NCBI GenBank assembly: GCA_964187785.1
Contig: OZ076413.1
Span: forward strand, 45,758,001-45,822,000
Reading direction: 5' to 3'
DNA: 64,000 nt
DNA from: Amphiscolops sp. MND2022
Taxonomy: Eukaryota
Under the pieces are notes generated by a model. It saw only the letters and a program-made list of their open reading frames with translations. It had not been told where the DNA came from and did no database searches. A program made the translations under genes and the position numbers. Shown in pieces: positions 26,106 to 38,046 of this stretch (position 1 is the first letter of the stretch; each line of letters opens with the position of its first letter).

Positions 26106-29100
26106 GCATGTTACGACTATTTACTGGTGTTGTTTTGGAATTAGTCGTATTTGATTTTACAGGTGTTGTCGTTCTAGCTACGGAGGCGTTTTCTGGCTCA
26201 GACTCGGAGTTTTGGTTTTTTGGCAGACTGGACGTTTCTTATTCACAGGTGCTATCAAATCAAGCATTTCCTTTTGATTTTCATCCAGTATTTTTGTCAA
26301 ATCAGACATGATTTCTACACTCAAAGACGTTTTTATCTTGTCAAGGGTTTAGGCTCAACCCTAGGGGTTTTGCTAGGTCCAGCTACTAAGTTTTCAGATG
26401 AGTTATTTTCAGCTACAGAACCTTCAAATTCTTGGCTTTTAGTTGTCATTTTTGAACAGAGGAGAAAGAAGATCTTTGGAATTAGTGGATTCGTCAAAGA
26501 AAGTTTTACGTTGATGCAAGGGAACAATTAAACTTGAAAACGATTACAAAATTGACTAACTCATTCTATATGTTTCTACATATTTATACATGTTCCTAGC
26601 ATCGTTTGTTCCTCACCTAAAACTTTCTAGATATCATAAAAATCGGGTTTGTTCACTAAAAAGCGCTCTTGATTATTTTTTTTTCAGTACAGCATCAGAA
26701 AATCCGGTATCGAAGTTCCTAGTTGGGTCGCTATTCCGTAACATTTGTTGAAATCATTTTTGTTCAGGCAATTCCATTTCATGTTTGTGCTTCAAAAATG
26801 CGGCAAAAGAAAAGTCTAGTTGACATTTTCATCAACGAAGGCACGCCGGCGTGACCAATTAGTCAATTTCTAACTTAGGAAGTTAATATTCGAAGCAAAA
26901 GTATGACACTCAAAAAATAGCAACGAAGCTAAAGCGGAGCGGATAATTTTGAAAGTTGAAATATATGTATACTAATACAAGGAACAAACGATGCACAAAA
27001 AGTACTTTCATGGATTGATTAAATGAATTTCTCATCATGAATTTTATACTACGACATCACAAATTGAACTTGAAGTAAGGCACAACGTAGCCTTACCGAA
27101 AACATGTTTTTGCTACAAAATGATATAAAACATAAATTCCCTGCATTAATTAATGCAACATTTTTAATATCAAACACATCAAAATCATACGTAACATAAA
27201 CGGGAAGAATGTTAAAAGGTATCCTTCACACTAATATTACTCATAGTTTCGACAGTTAAGAGTCATGGAGAGTACACTCGATTGAGGTGTTATTGATTAG
27301 GAAATCATCAGTTAGCACCAGCGTTAGTCTTACGTTGTTTTTCAGTATATCAAATTAAAGCACAATGATTAAATTTCCAACTTTGAATTTCCAATGAGGA
27401 CCTTATACAACGTAGGATTAACGTGGTCTTATCAAAATTAGAGATTAAAGACATCAGAGATTACAAACGTGGTTCCTTAATTCTTCTTTACAGTACAGTT
27501 TTTTTAATGTGAAATCCTAACTCTAAAACTCTTTAAATGCATCGATTCAAGAAACTCTTCTTTTGAAATTCGTTTGAACCGTCACTCTGTAGCTACATTT
27601 TTACAATTCGCCCCGTAGGCTTTCCGTACGTGTTAAGGTTAGGTATAGCTGAGCAGCGGTGGCAGACGGACAGATAGCGGAGAGCGTAGGCGATTTCAAT
27701 TTCTTTCTTTTGGATAGTTGGCGTTGCTAGGGGCAACCAAGCACAATTCTATTAGCTTGAGCTCAAATAATTCAGTTGAGAACCGACGCTATTTGTCCGT
27801 TAAAGTAGAAACATCCGTTTACTAGCTTAGTTGAGTGACGCTTTCATAACGTTGTAAACATTTGCTTAGATTACTTGACTGTAATTTAAGTGGATATTGA
27901 CAACTACTTCAATACTGGAAAACAATTCTACACTATTTTGTATGTTCTTTTCATTTTAGTTTGTATGGACTCTCTGGGGATCGCGGAGTTAAATGTTACT
28001 TCTGGTATTTCATTTTAGCGTGGAGAGGAAAGAAATGATCCCAATTTAGAAAATGTTTCTGATTTAGTATATAGATTGGTATGGAAAATTCAGACGACAA
28101 AACCGGAAAAAGGAAAAGGAAGTTACGCGTGAAAACATTAAACCGGAAGTTTTATTTAGTTCTGAAATCATTTCCAAAAATTTTCCGTAACGCTTGCGTC
28201 GGATTTTGTGTTCGGAAAATTATCTACAGTTAATTCAGCTGTACTGTGAGTAGAATTAGATTAGTTTAGAAGTACTTAGCGTTATGGTTTCCTTTGCATC
28301 GGCCTCTCCCAAATCCAGAGCTGCATGTAAAATTACAACCGGGAGCGGGTCGTGACAAAACACTATACCTTCGATACAAGCAGTGGAGACTCAATCTAAA
28401 GACTCATATCACCTAACAACGACTGTTTATACTCGTTTTCGTAGTCGAAATACTTCAACCAGCTGAATCAAATTTACATGCATAACGTATTTCGAAATTG
28501 TGACGAGAATCCTAATAACTCCTCACCTGTTAGATTGAATGATAAATGCGAATGAACCAGAAAAAGCTAATTCAAGGGCATTTGAAAACGTGTAACTTAT
28601 CACTCCTGTCAATTCCAAACACGGAGAAAAATGCCCTCAAACGTCCAGAGCCACTATCGGAATGTTACGCAGGGAACAAATAGAAATCCGGAAATTTTTG
28701 TAACTTCATATCTCCAGCTTTCTTCGAGCCTGTTTGAGCAGACCTATTAGTTCTGGAAACGGAAGTCCTTGTCTCTGTTTGGGTAATGATTCAGCTTTTC
28801 GGTGGCAGTTGTTGGCGACAGTTTTGCTATTGTCAGAACAATTTAATCAATGCCTCCCTAATCAAACATAATCAGGACTCTTCAATCAAATTTTATACCT
28901 TGCTAACATAAAATTGCCACGTCTAACAATGTAAATTTACATAGATGTTGATTTTTGTTGACTTTCTTCCAGATTTTTCCTGGTCGAAATGGATTTTACA
29001 ATAGAATTTTTCTTGGGAACATGGTTCTGTTGATATGATCTTACCATGGAAAATGAATACCATGGCAAAATCTCGACAAGATCTTAGCCAAGTCTGTTCC

Positions 29101-30560
29101 AAGATCTTGCCAAGATCTTACTAAGACATCCATGGGGGGTCAACCCGGTTAGGTTAATGGATACTTTCTCCTCAGATACTCTCTTGAAACAGGTTTTCTT
29201 GAACTATTTTTGAACGTCTTGCCCCTAGGTCTAAAACTGTTTACCGGGTTGACCCTTTCACTAGCATTTTGAGTTCCATGGCGAGATCTTGAGTGCCGTG
29301 ACGAGATCTTGCCAAAATCTTACAACACCTTGGCAACCATGGATCCTATGGAAAGATTGATACTAAGCCCTTACTAAGATGTATGATTATTCCAAGATCG
29401 AATCTTCCTCAGATGAAAAAACCAAGAGTTTTAGAAATAGTTAAATTTCTATGATAACTACCGAGTTTTTGCGCGCTTTTTCAACGTAGACATCGATATC
29501 CTCTGAATCTTCAAAGTCTCTGAAATAAGATAGAAGGAATCATAGTGGGACTAGGATTTTTAGATCTCATTCCACACGTTTCAGTGGAATGAGTTTAGAT
29601 GTTATTGCAGTGAATGAGAATCTTTTGTACCTGTTTTTTTGGTGTCTTTTCAGGGGTTTTTAGGATGAAATGGGAGAAAAATCGTCGTTCTGGGAAAATT
29701 TGAATCTTCTTCCAAAGGTTTTACTTCATAATTCAGTACATCACAGATATCCATGGAGGGTTAACCTGCTTCACTCTGAATTGGCTCCTGTGTTTGGACC
29801 AAATCTTCAGATATAAGCTTCAAGAGCGGCAAATGCCTTTTTTACTGCCAAGTTTTCAAATTAAGTTTTCTATGTGAAATAATTGTTGCTCGAGGAATTT
29901 CTTTCGAAAAGTTTTTTTGGACTAAGATGGTTATTGAACCTTTGCTATCAGTTTCTAATTGAGTTTCGTGCAGTACAGTTGAAACGTTGAGCCATTTAGA
30001 TTTTTAGAAGCCATTCTTTCCGACTGAATCAAAATTGGCAGTTTCATCACCATTTTGCCTGAGGTAGTTTTTTTTATCTGAAAGAACCCAAAGTAGAGGC
30101 GGTTCTTTACAAAAAGTCCTAAATGTCAAGAGTAATTGCTGTTGTTTAAATAATGTTTATCTCAAACTGGTGATTTGGTACTATGAAGCTATCATTTGGA
30201 TCAAATGCTTTGATTGAAATATCTTCTCGAAAAAGAGCGAAGCATAATTTGGGGGTTAAGACAAAGGAATGGTTTAGGACGGTGAAAGAGGATCTCTTTG
30301 TCTAACCCGATAAGCAATCAGTATGCAGACTCGAATAAAGTTTGAACCTTGAAGAAGTTTATTGAATGAATTGATTTAACTCCTCAAGAAGACTTGGATG
30401 CTTGACTACATGCATCTTGACATAACCTCGTTAAGTTTTTCTAAGCTAGGTGAGTCACTTCTCGAGACTCGAAACAAGTTTCATATAGGTCATGATACGC
30501 TTCCCTTTCTGAAGCTCCATCTACGTGTTCATGTTTTTAAAAAATATATATATTAGGTCA

Positions 30561-32578
30561 TCAGTCGCTATCTGTCGCATAATCAGTCACGTCTAAGATA
30601 GTCGAGGTTTCATTCTGGATTCCATGATTGGTTATCTTTCGTGCCAGTTCGCTTCGAAACTGCTGAACTTTTGCCCACAGAAGCAAACTAATGCGTATCA
30701 TTTCACCCCGGAACACTCGACTGAAAAAACCATAAAAGAGAATATTCATGACAGATGTGAAATTGTTAGTAATGACTCTATAAATAGTCACAGCTAACAG
30801 AACCTCTTGCCATTCCTCTGGTGGTCCATTGTAGATGATATAAACTTGGTAAATTGAAATCGGCAAATAAGTAACAGTATAAATCAATCCAATCGCCGAA
30901 TACTGAATTGAACTCAACACAATATTTCTTTGATTGTTAGCCGCAACTATAAACCCAAGAGCCCGAGAATTTTGCTCCCTTACATTCAACAGTCGGCGTT
31001 TTGTTTTCCTCCAATTGATGAAAATTCTGATAAACACCATCCCAAAAACAAAATTAGTGGCCAATACAAGGAAACACATTATCAAATAATACGTTGCAAA
31101 GATGTTCGCACCTGTTGTGTCCATGAGACATTTGCTCCCATTTTGTGTGACGTAAAAAGTGAAATTTGATTGACACCCATTTGAAGTGACGTAGTTGCCG
31201 ACAAATTCAATTTTGTAAATCCCAATGTCGCTAAACAAGATTATTGGCCCAATGAGACCAGACAACCAAGTTATGCAATTGAAAAAGAGAAACAATCGGT
31301 CTTTCCCTAAAGAGAGGTTGAAGCGATCTTGTAAGGACAACCACACTGTCAAAATGAGGAGAAAAGCCCTTTTGGCAGCACCATCAAGCATGGTATAATC
31401 ATGATGAGTTCTGATAACATATACTATGCCTCAGGTGTTTCAGAAAACAGAGTAAATTTTTTGTGATAGGTTGGTCTTGCGGTTTCGTACAATTTAAACG
31501 AAAACATTCATAATTCAGGAAAAATTCATCTTGTTATATTATTCCAAAACTTGTTATGATCCTATAAAGGACACATTTGGAAGCTCAGTAGTTTCAGCGA
31601 CTGAATTGGAGTTCAACAGGGGCGTTCAAGGCGACACAGTGTTCTTAGAGTTTGGCGCAACTTTTGTTCTCCACGTCAATTTCTCTCCATTTTTAAAAAT
31701 CCTAACCATGGGTTCTTAAATATGAGTTTTTGAAGCGTATTCATTAAAGTGTTCAACCGGTGAAATTTGTTGTGGTTAACCAGTTGAAGATGTTTTAAAT
31801 GCGTAATGATATTTCATAAAGACAGAAAAACTTTACGATCAGACAGAGAGAGTTAAAAGTGTTAGACATTGAAATCTTTGGAACTGTTGCGGTTTTTTCC
31901 TTAAAATTGCCTAAAAAGTTCTGGGATAACCAAAACGGAAACCTCTTAAAACGAAATTGTTCCCACCTTTAAATTAAAAGAAATGTTACTTGCAGGTTTA
32001 CCAGGATCGAGTCCCGAGCCGGGTTAGAAGTGTTTGAGTGTTTGTATGAATATTCAAGACCAAAGGGTCGCCTTTTTATGGGAGGAAAACGCAGGATATT
32101 GCAGGATATTTTTTACTGAAAAAAACTAACATTTGCAGTTTCAATCTAGAAGTTCTTACTTTCGAATTTTATAATTCATTCCAATTACGTGATTGTCCTA
32201 CAGAGGTATGTTCGATATTATTGAATTATACCATGACACGCTCCACAAAGGAGCTGATCCTTGTATAATTGAAACCAAAGAGCATTCAGCTAGATAGCAT
32301 TGCGTATGATACTTGTACTCGTTATTTCGTTGTGCAATAATTATGTCACTTATAAATTTCATGGTATCTGATAAAACTATCATTGAAATGATTTTTCGTG
32401 TCAGCACATCCAAGTTTTGCACCACGAAAGGAGCAACGATGATAAGTGGGGCGAAACATAAAACAAACGAAGTCGTGCAATAGTTAACGATCGTTTGAGC
32501 TTCGGCAGCTTTGTCAAGGGCTTTCGATTGAAACGAGTAGAAGGTATTGGGATCACATTTTTCAAGAGCAGATTCCAT
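30561..32578 (-). CDS. 7TM GPCR-like gene B; exons 32578-32232 and 31368-30561, predicted 384 aa
   Basis: Paralogue of gene A (NYCTTSFVLCFAP, VWLSLQD, CQSNFTF, GFIVAANNQ, SSIQYS, MNILFYGFFSRVF). Exon 1 has the same 347-nt length. A GT-AG intron gives an open frame. Confidence 0.85.
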
Positions 32579-33710
32579 TGCAGCATTTAAAAAATCCCTT
32601 TCGGGTGATCGAATTCGGTGTTGTACCCTGAAATCCGTCGCAGGCAGTACGTACTATTAGGTATGAAGGTTGTTTACAGAACCACGCATTTGGTTTGCTA
32701 AAGTTGTTGAAATTGATCGCTGAAAAGCGATCTTTAATAGAGCAAAATATTCAAAAAATGGTGTCGCGTTTTACAGAATACCTTCTCAACTTCAAAGCCA
32801 ATATTACTTGAGTCTTAGTCTTCAGTTTAATGAATAACCAAATAGTTCTTCTATTGATTTAAGCGTTACTTCATAATCGAAAATTGAAAGCTGTTTAATA
32901 GTATTGAACGAAATAGAAATTACAGATGATTGGAGTTCCCAACTGATTGAATCAGTGGGCGCAATCAAATGGTATCCTAAGAATTTTGAGTTAGATTGAA
33001 ACTGGAAAAGTACCCATCAATGCTGATCATCAATTTGCAAATCCGAAATAATACACTAGCTCGCTCATAAGGAGCTAAAAAGCAAACTTCAATTTAGAGA
33101 TTCGATTCAAGACTGATGTCAAAACTAGTAATTAAGCTTCACATGGAATCATTTGAAGAACAGCAAAAATCAAGAAAAAGTTTCAGACTCATGAGATTCA
33201 TTCTGTTCCCAGTCATTTCATCCTCAGCTTGCTGCCAAGCACTGTCTTGAATTACTGGTCATCCATCACCCACAAACTTTTTTGATTCAGTTTTGTCATT
33301 GCCGTCCAATTATTTCCATAGAGCCTTATGCTTTGAGTTTTCTCTTGAACATTTCTTTTTTTCTTTTTCTGATGTACATTTGGGTGTCTGGAAGTCCAGT
33401 AAATTCGTTGTCATCACACTTCGATTTTTGTTGTTTTCACATTTTTTGGCGAAGTCCTCGGGTTCACTGCAGTACTATTATTTTTTGTTCTGTACATTTT
33501 GAAGATGTTTTGTAGGTGGAAAAAATCATCCAACAGTTCGTTTTGGTTCAAGTTGTTTTGACCGAGTTTGGGTGTTTTGGAATTGATTTGAACTTGTGTA
33601 TTTTCCTTTTTTCCAACCTGGCAGAATTGTCACGCAAACGGATTAGATTGATTCAACAGTAATCAATTCAATGGATTATGATACACACTCCTCTCAACAA
33701 TGTTAACCCA

Positions 33711-34101
33711 AACAAGAAGAGAACGTCTAAAATCGGCGCTATATCTAAGGCTCAAAAAGCGCAGAACATTTTTAAAAAAAACTTGAAATTTTTGAATTTT
33801 TTTCGGAAAATGTCACATAGTGCCGAAAAATATAAAAAGGGGGACCCTTTGGGATTTATGAACATACATTCAGTTGCAAAATATCAAAAAACTCGAAGGG
33901 GGCCCTTTTGAGACATTTAAAAATTTCGGAAAAAAAGGGGACCCTTTGCACTAAGTTTACCTTGTCAGGACTTGGCCTTAGTGATTTCAGGAGTTTCTCT
34001 AAAAAGTGGACCAATCAGTGTGAGGTCTGTGGTCTGAAGAAAAAAAAGGTCACTGCTATAGTCGGGCATTTTTCCGTAAAAGGAAAACGCGCCGACTAAA
34101 A
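33711..34101 (-). mobile_element. DINE-1/HINE-like non-autonomous repeat (putative Helentron derivative)
   Basis: One end is AACAAGAAGAGAACGTCTAAAATCGG (DINE-1-like). The other end is a hairpin AGTCGG..TTTTCC..GGAAAA..CCGACT followed by an A-run. Multiple copies in the window. Confidence 0.55.
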
Positions 34102-34526
34102 GTAAAATCTGGATCAAAATTGAGCAGAATATTCAAAAAATATTCCACCTCGCGTTAGGTTTTTGACAAAAAAAGATACTATGGGAATGTTTCATTAGAT
34201 TCAACAGTGCAATAAAGTATATATAGCAGTATCGCATGACCCGATGCATGTAAGGAATGGCATCTTCCGCTTCTTATTGTCGGTAAAAGACAAAGAATTC
34301 GGACACGCTGCCAAGACTGAGTTCTAAGTTGATAATTATCTGGCAGGGACCGAATATGTAACAGAAAATAGAATAATGATAACGAATATTTTTGATGAAT
34401 CAAGAAGAATGGAAAGAAGCTTGGAAAGAAGAATGGTAAGAGGCCTTACTAAGTCACCAATTGGTGGCCCAAACAACTCCGAGAAATCGTGATAACAGCA
34501 AATTTTTGCATGAAGACTAAAGTCAA

Positions 34527-35104
34527 TGTAACGATAAGCGCTGGCGCTTGAACCGCAACGTAGAGTGGAGGAACTAGAACAGCGAATATAATCTGGGACT
34601 TAGATCTCCGCGGCCCTAGCTCATTTTCCCTCCGAAGGAGCCAGTCCCAAGGTGGGGGAACCGTCTTGTAGGACGCTCTCTGGCCTGGTCCTAGTCTGTA
34701 ACTGCTAAAAGTAACAGGCATCTTGCAAGACTCAAGACCACTGCTCAACTAGCCTTTAAAAATCGGGCTGAAAATCGATGAAGGTTGAACCGAAATATTG
34801 GAGAATCTGATAAAATTGCCAAATTGGATAAACAGATGTTAAACAACAGCTCTCGAGCATATTAATTTACCACATCAAAAAATACAACAAGAGATCAAGA
34901 GTTCAGAGTCATTTGATGAAAATTGACCTCAGCTTCCCAGCGCTAGCGCTAGTTGCCACACAGGATACCGCAGGGATACTCAGGCGAACATCTGGAACAC
35001 TGGTTTCCTTTACTGTAGTAATGGATATCTCCTAGAGATAGACACAATACCGTGTTCTGTATGCGTTGGGGACGTCTTTTTTGTCGTCTCCGGTGCTTGT
35101 TCGT
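34527..35104 (-). repeat. 3' LTR, missing its first 151 bp
   Basis: Ungapped match to 50093-50670 with about 6 substitutions in 578 bp. Identity stops abruptly at 35104. Confidence 0.95.
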
Positions 35105-37858
35105 TTGCGTAGGGGTCAGCGAAAACTCGGAAGCTAGCACTTCAAGGTTCCATCCCAGACCAAGACTGGTACAGAAGGCTTCCAATGGACAATTGAGCTC
35201 TCGAGCTACTTCTGCCAGAGTCCTGGTGGCAAACCTAGTCTGGTACCAATAGGCGTAAGTAGTAGCTGCGGCGTCGACCTCTGCCTTCAGATTTGTTGCT
35301 TCCATTGCCACGATGCACCGCAGTCCTACAGGCAGCTTCACGGGCTCGATTCCTGAGGCGAAGTGGATCTGAGGTATTGTTCTCTCAATGGTGCGCGCTG
35401 CAGGCCATGCACCGATTTGTTTTGTCAGTTCGGCTAACTCTGCACGCACTGGGATTTCTTTGTCCTTTCGCACTAGCCAGTTGTACCGACGAACAGCCTC
35501 TCGTTCGGTCACATTTGACTCTCGGGCGATGCGGTTGCCGTCAAGGTCAAAGGCCATTCTGCCCATCCGCATTCCATGATCATAGGGGATAGCGTCGTCA
35601 ATGGTTAGCTGGGCGTTTCCCGAGCGTTCCATTGCCACGAGTGCTCTAGATACGGCGGCAAAGAAGGCTGGATACGATAAGGTATCTGGGCGCAGGTCCT
35701 CTCGGTCCACGCGCAAGTTTTGTGCACAGATGGCGAATTCGACTCTGCGCGCCTTGCATACCTCCAGCAGAATGTAGACAAACTGCTGCAGACTTCGTGG
35801 CCAGTACATAAATCCTGGTGGGGATACAAAGAGCGCGAGCGCTCCCAGACGACCCCGAAGGATCCCTGCGGCACGTTCCATTGCACCGACCACCTCATTT
35901 ACCAGGGCTGCAATGTCTCCAGGTCGTCGGACATCGGACATTATAGCGTCCAGGTCACGCAGCAACCCTTCGCAAGCCATGTGATCCAGAAGATTGGCAA
36001 AGATCACGCGCTGTGGGGGTGGTTCCTTCTGTGATCCTCTTAAGTTTGGATCGTATATGGCTCCAACCATCTCAGTGATCTCAGCGAAGCGAGACAGGGG
36101 CATAGTCAGTACAAGCACGTCAGGCATCAAGTTGTCAATAGGCAGGTCACTCCGGCAGGTAGAATCAACCGCCATGCAGTAGCGCGCGCGCTGCAGAGCT
36201 GCTTTCAATAGTGGTTTCAGAGATCTCAAGTTGCGGGCGTAGCGGGCGTTCGCTTCCCATGTCTCACCTTCTCGCAACACATACCGTGCGGGGAATTGCT
36301 CGGTGATGTTATGTTGCAGGGGTGCCATGTAATCGTTAGTTGTCGTAGGCAGCTGCTCTCGAGCACGCTGTTCCCAGGCCTGCTCCGACATATCTGCGTC
36401 CCGGGGGCGCAGCGAACGTGTGACCTGCGCCGGTATCGTGGTTCGGTTAATCTCCTTTTGCTCCGTTTCAGTTGGAGGGGTCCTTTTCTTTATAGCGCAT
36501 TGACTGGGGTAGAGATGCTCAGCCGCCATCCAAATGCGTTTGCTATCATTGGTGACTACTGAACCGGATACGTCATCAGATGGAGGGAGGAAGGCTGGAG
36601 GACGGGCTTCCTCCACCGTCTCAGGTATCTCCAGGGACATATCTATTGGATTCGTGCCCGAGGGCACGGAGCTCACTTCCGAGCCTGCATCCGGATCTCC
36701 ATACTGCTCGATTGCGTCAGCTAGGGACATCTGAGGCGCGCCTCGGCCTAGATGACCCACTCGGTACGGAGGCCTAGGGATGACTACACTTTTCAGCTGG
36801 GGTCGAGGTACATCAGCGCGCTTGTCGGGAGGGGGACGACTAGTCGGGCTCTCGGTTACTGAGCCAGCTGGGGTGACTGAGGCACTTTCTTCAGTTAGTC
36901 GCTTTCTCCCGGCTTCTTCTCGTGTGCCAGTAGCAGCGCTTGCGCTGTTGCTTGGTCCGGCAGCAATTTCCACATCCATTGATGCCGTCTCGACTAAGGG
37001 AGCAGGAGGGTCACAGCCCGAGGGTTGAACAGCAGCTTGCAGATAAGTGGCTAGTCCAGGGATTCTTTGCTCTACGGCACAAACAAAATCGGAGGAGTTC
37101 GGATAGTTGGCCACTGCTTGCAAGGCCACAATTACGGCCTGTTCGCTGGTACTCCTTCCAGTCAGCTCTGGGTTAGGTATGGGTGGTAACCGGGACCCCG
37201 AGGGCTCCCGATCAGAGACTGGTGCACTAGTAGTGGTTTGCAGTACCATGTGTGGCGCTCGATATGAGGTCCCAAAGGCAGGTGAACCGGAATAAGTTGG
37301 CGTCATTGGTACTGGTTTTGGTGCTGGTGGGGGCAATGCGACCATCTGAGGAGGTGGCATCGTTGCAACTCTGGCAGGCACCATACACAGGGAGGCTTCT
37401 TGCTCGAATCTCGTGCCCTGGCTGGGCCCGAGCATTGTGGTAGAGCGTTCATCCAAGAACTGATGCGTCAAATTGTGGCCATCCCACGCATTGTTTTGGC
37501 AGGTTAGCGTGCGACGGTAACCGGCTACTTCCGTCACCAGAGACACAGATACACCCGGCAGCGTCTGCATCGTGTCTAGTTGAGTGAGCAGGGTGGCCAC
37601 GCCCGCTACCGCTAACGGTGAGAGGCCGTTCCTCAGTCGTTCTTCTACATATTGGACTTGATTAGTCCTCTGCGCTCGCGCAGGCAATTCTTGAGACCTA
37701 TTGGTGTGAGGTCCCGTCGTGGGAATAGGCACCGTGTTGTTGGGGTAATAAGCCATTATATCATAGGTCTGAAAAGGATTACCGTTAGGCTTACTAGGTG
37801 TATGTGGGGAGAGCTTAAGGCTCATCATCCACTTACAATGGTACAAAGATGGCTCCAT
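34949..37858 (-). CDS. Accessory ORF2 (969 aa as read; last ~52 aa are LTR-derived) with Pro/Ser-rich region and SGNH/GDSL-like domain
   Basis: Uninterrupted ORF downstream of pol. Motifs MAVDS, RVIFANLLDH, LFVSPPG and DREDLRP..SYPAFFAAV follow SGNH block order. Confidence 0.75.
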   Translation of the reverse strand: MEPSLYHCKWMMSLKLSPHTPSKPNGNPFQTYDIMAYYPNNTVPIPTTGPHTNRSQELPARAQRTNQVQYVEERLRNGLSPLAVAGVATLLTQLDTMQTLPGVSVSLVTEVAGYRRTLTCQNNAWDGHNLTHQFLDERSTTMLGPSQGTRFEQEASLCMVPARVATMPPPQMVALPPPAPKPVPMTPTYSGSPAFGTSYRAPHMVLQTTTSAPVSDREPSGSRLPPIPNPELTGRSTSEQAVIVALQAVANYPNSSDFVCAVEQRIPGLATYLQAAVQPSGCDPPAPLVETASMDVEIAAGPSNSASAATGTREEAGRKRLTEESASVTPAGSVTESPTSRPPPDKRADVPRPQLKSVVIPRPPYRVGHLGRGAPQMSLADAIEQYGDPDAGSEVSSVPSGTNPIDMSLEIPETVEEARPPAFLPPSDDVSGSVVTNDSKRIWMAAEHLYPSQCAIKKRTPPTETEQKEINRTTIPAQVTRSLRPRDADMSEQAWEQRAREQLPTTTNDYMAPLQHNITEQFPARYVLREGETWEANARYARNLRSLKPLLKAALQRARYCMAVDSTCRSDLPIDNLMPDVLVLTMPLSRFAEITEMVGAIYDPNLRGSQKEPPPQRVIFANLLDHMACEGLLRDLDAIMSDVRRPGDIAALVNEVVGAMERAAGILRGRLGALALFVSPPGFMYWPRSLQQFVYILLEVCKARRVEFAICAQNLRVDREDLRPDTLSYPAFFAAVSRALVAMERSGNAQLTIDDAIPYDHGMRMGRMAFDLDGNRIARESNVTEREAVRRYNWLVRKDKEIPVRAELAELTKQIGAWPAARTIERTIPQIHFASGIEPVKLPVGLRCIVAMEATNLKAEVDAAATTYAYWYQTRFATRTLAEVARELNCPLEAFCTSLGLGWNLEVLASEFSLTPTQTNKHRRRQKRRPQRIQNTVLCLSLGDIHYYSKGNQCSRCSPEYPCGILCGN

Positions 37859-38046
37859 AAGGGAACCGCAACAAGTTTAAATTGTAGTTCAACTAACTAA
37901 CTAGAACATAAAGATAGGAGTTATTTAACGCTACGTTACAAGGTAATCATTCCATGGGATAGTAGATTTAAGACTTCCTCCCAGACATAACAATTATTAG
38001 GGTGGATAAATTGAATAGGGGGCAACAGAAAAGAGTTTTGGGCGGG

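Noticed and set aside
26100..30500. Possible old retroelement remnants
   Set aside because: Only isolated motif-like words, out of the expected order; not supportable by eye.
32800..33650. Possible Penelope-like RT remnant on the minus strand
   Set aside because: Too degenerate to call without a profile search.
34449..34748. Duplicated small ORFs (also 50090-50314, 50515-50841)
   Set aside because: Incidental translations of LTR sequence.
34949..37858. env gene
   Set aside because: No evident signal peptide, fusion peptide or TM anchor in the surviving part, although the true C-terminus is deleted.
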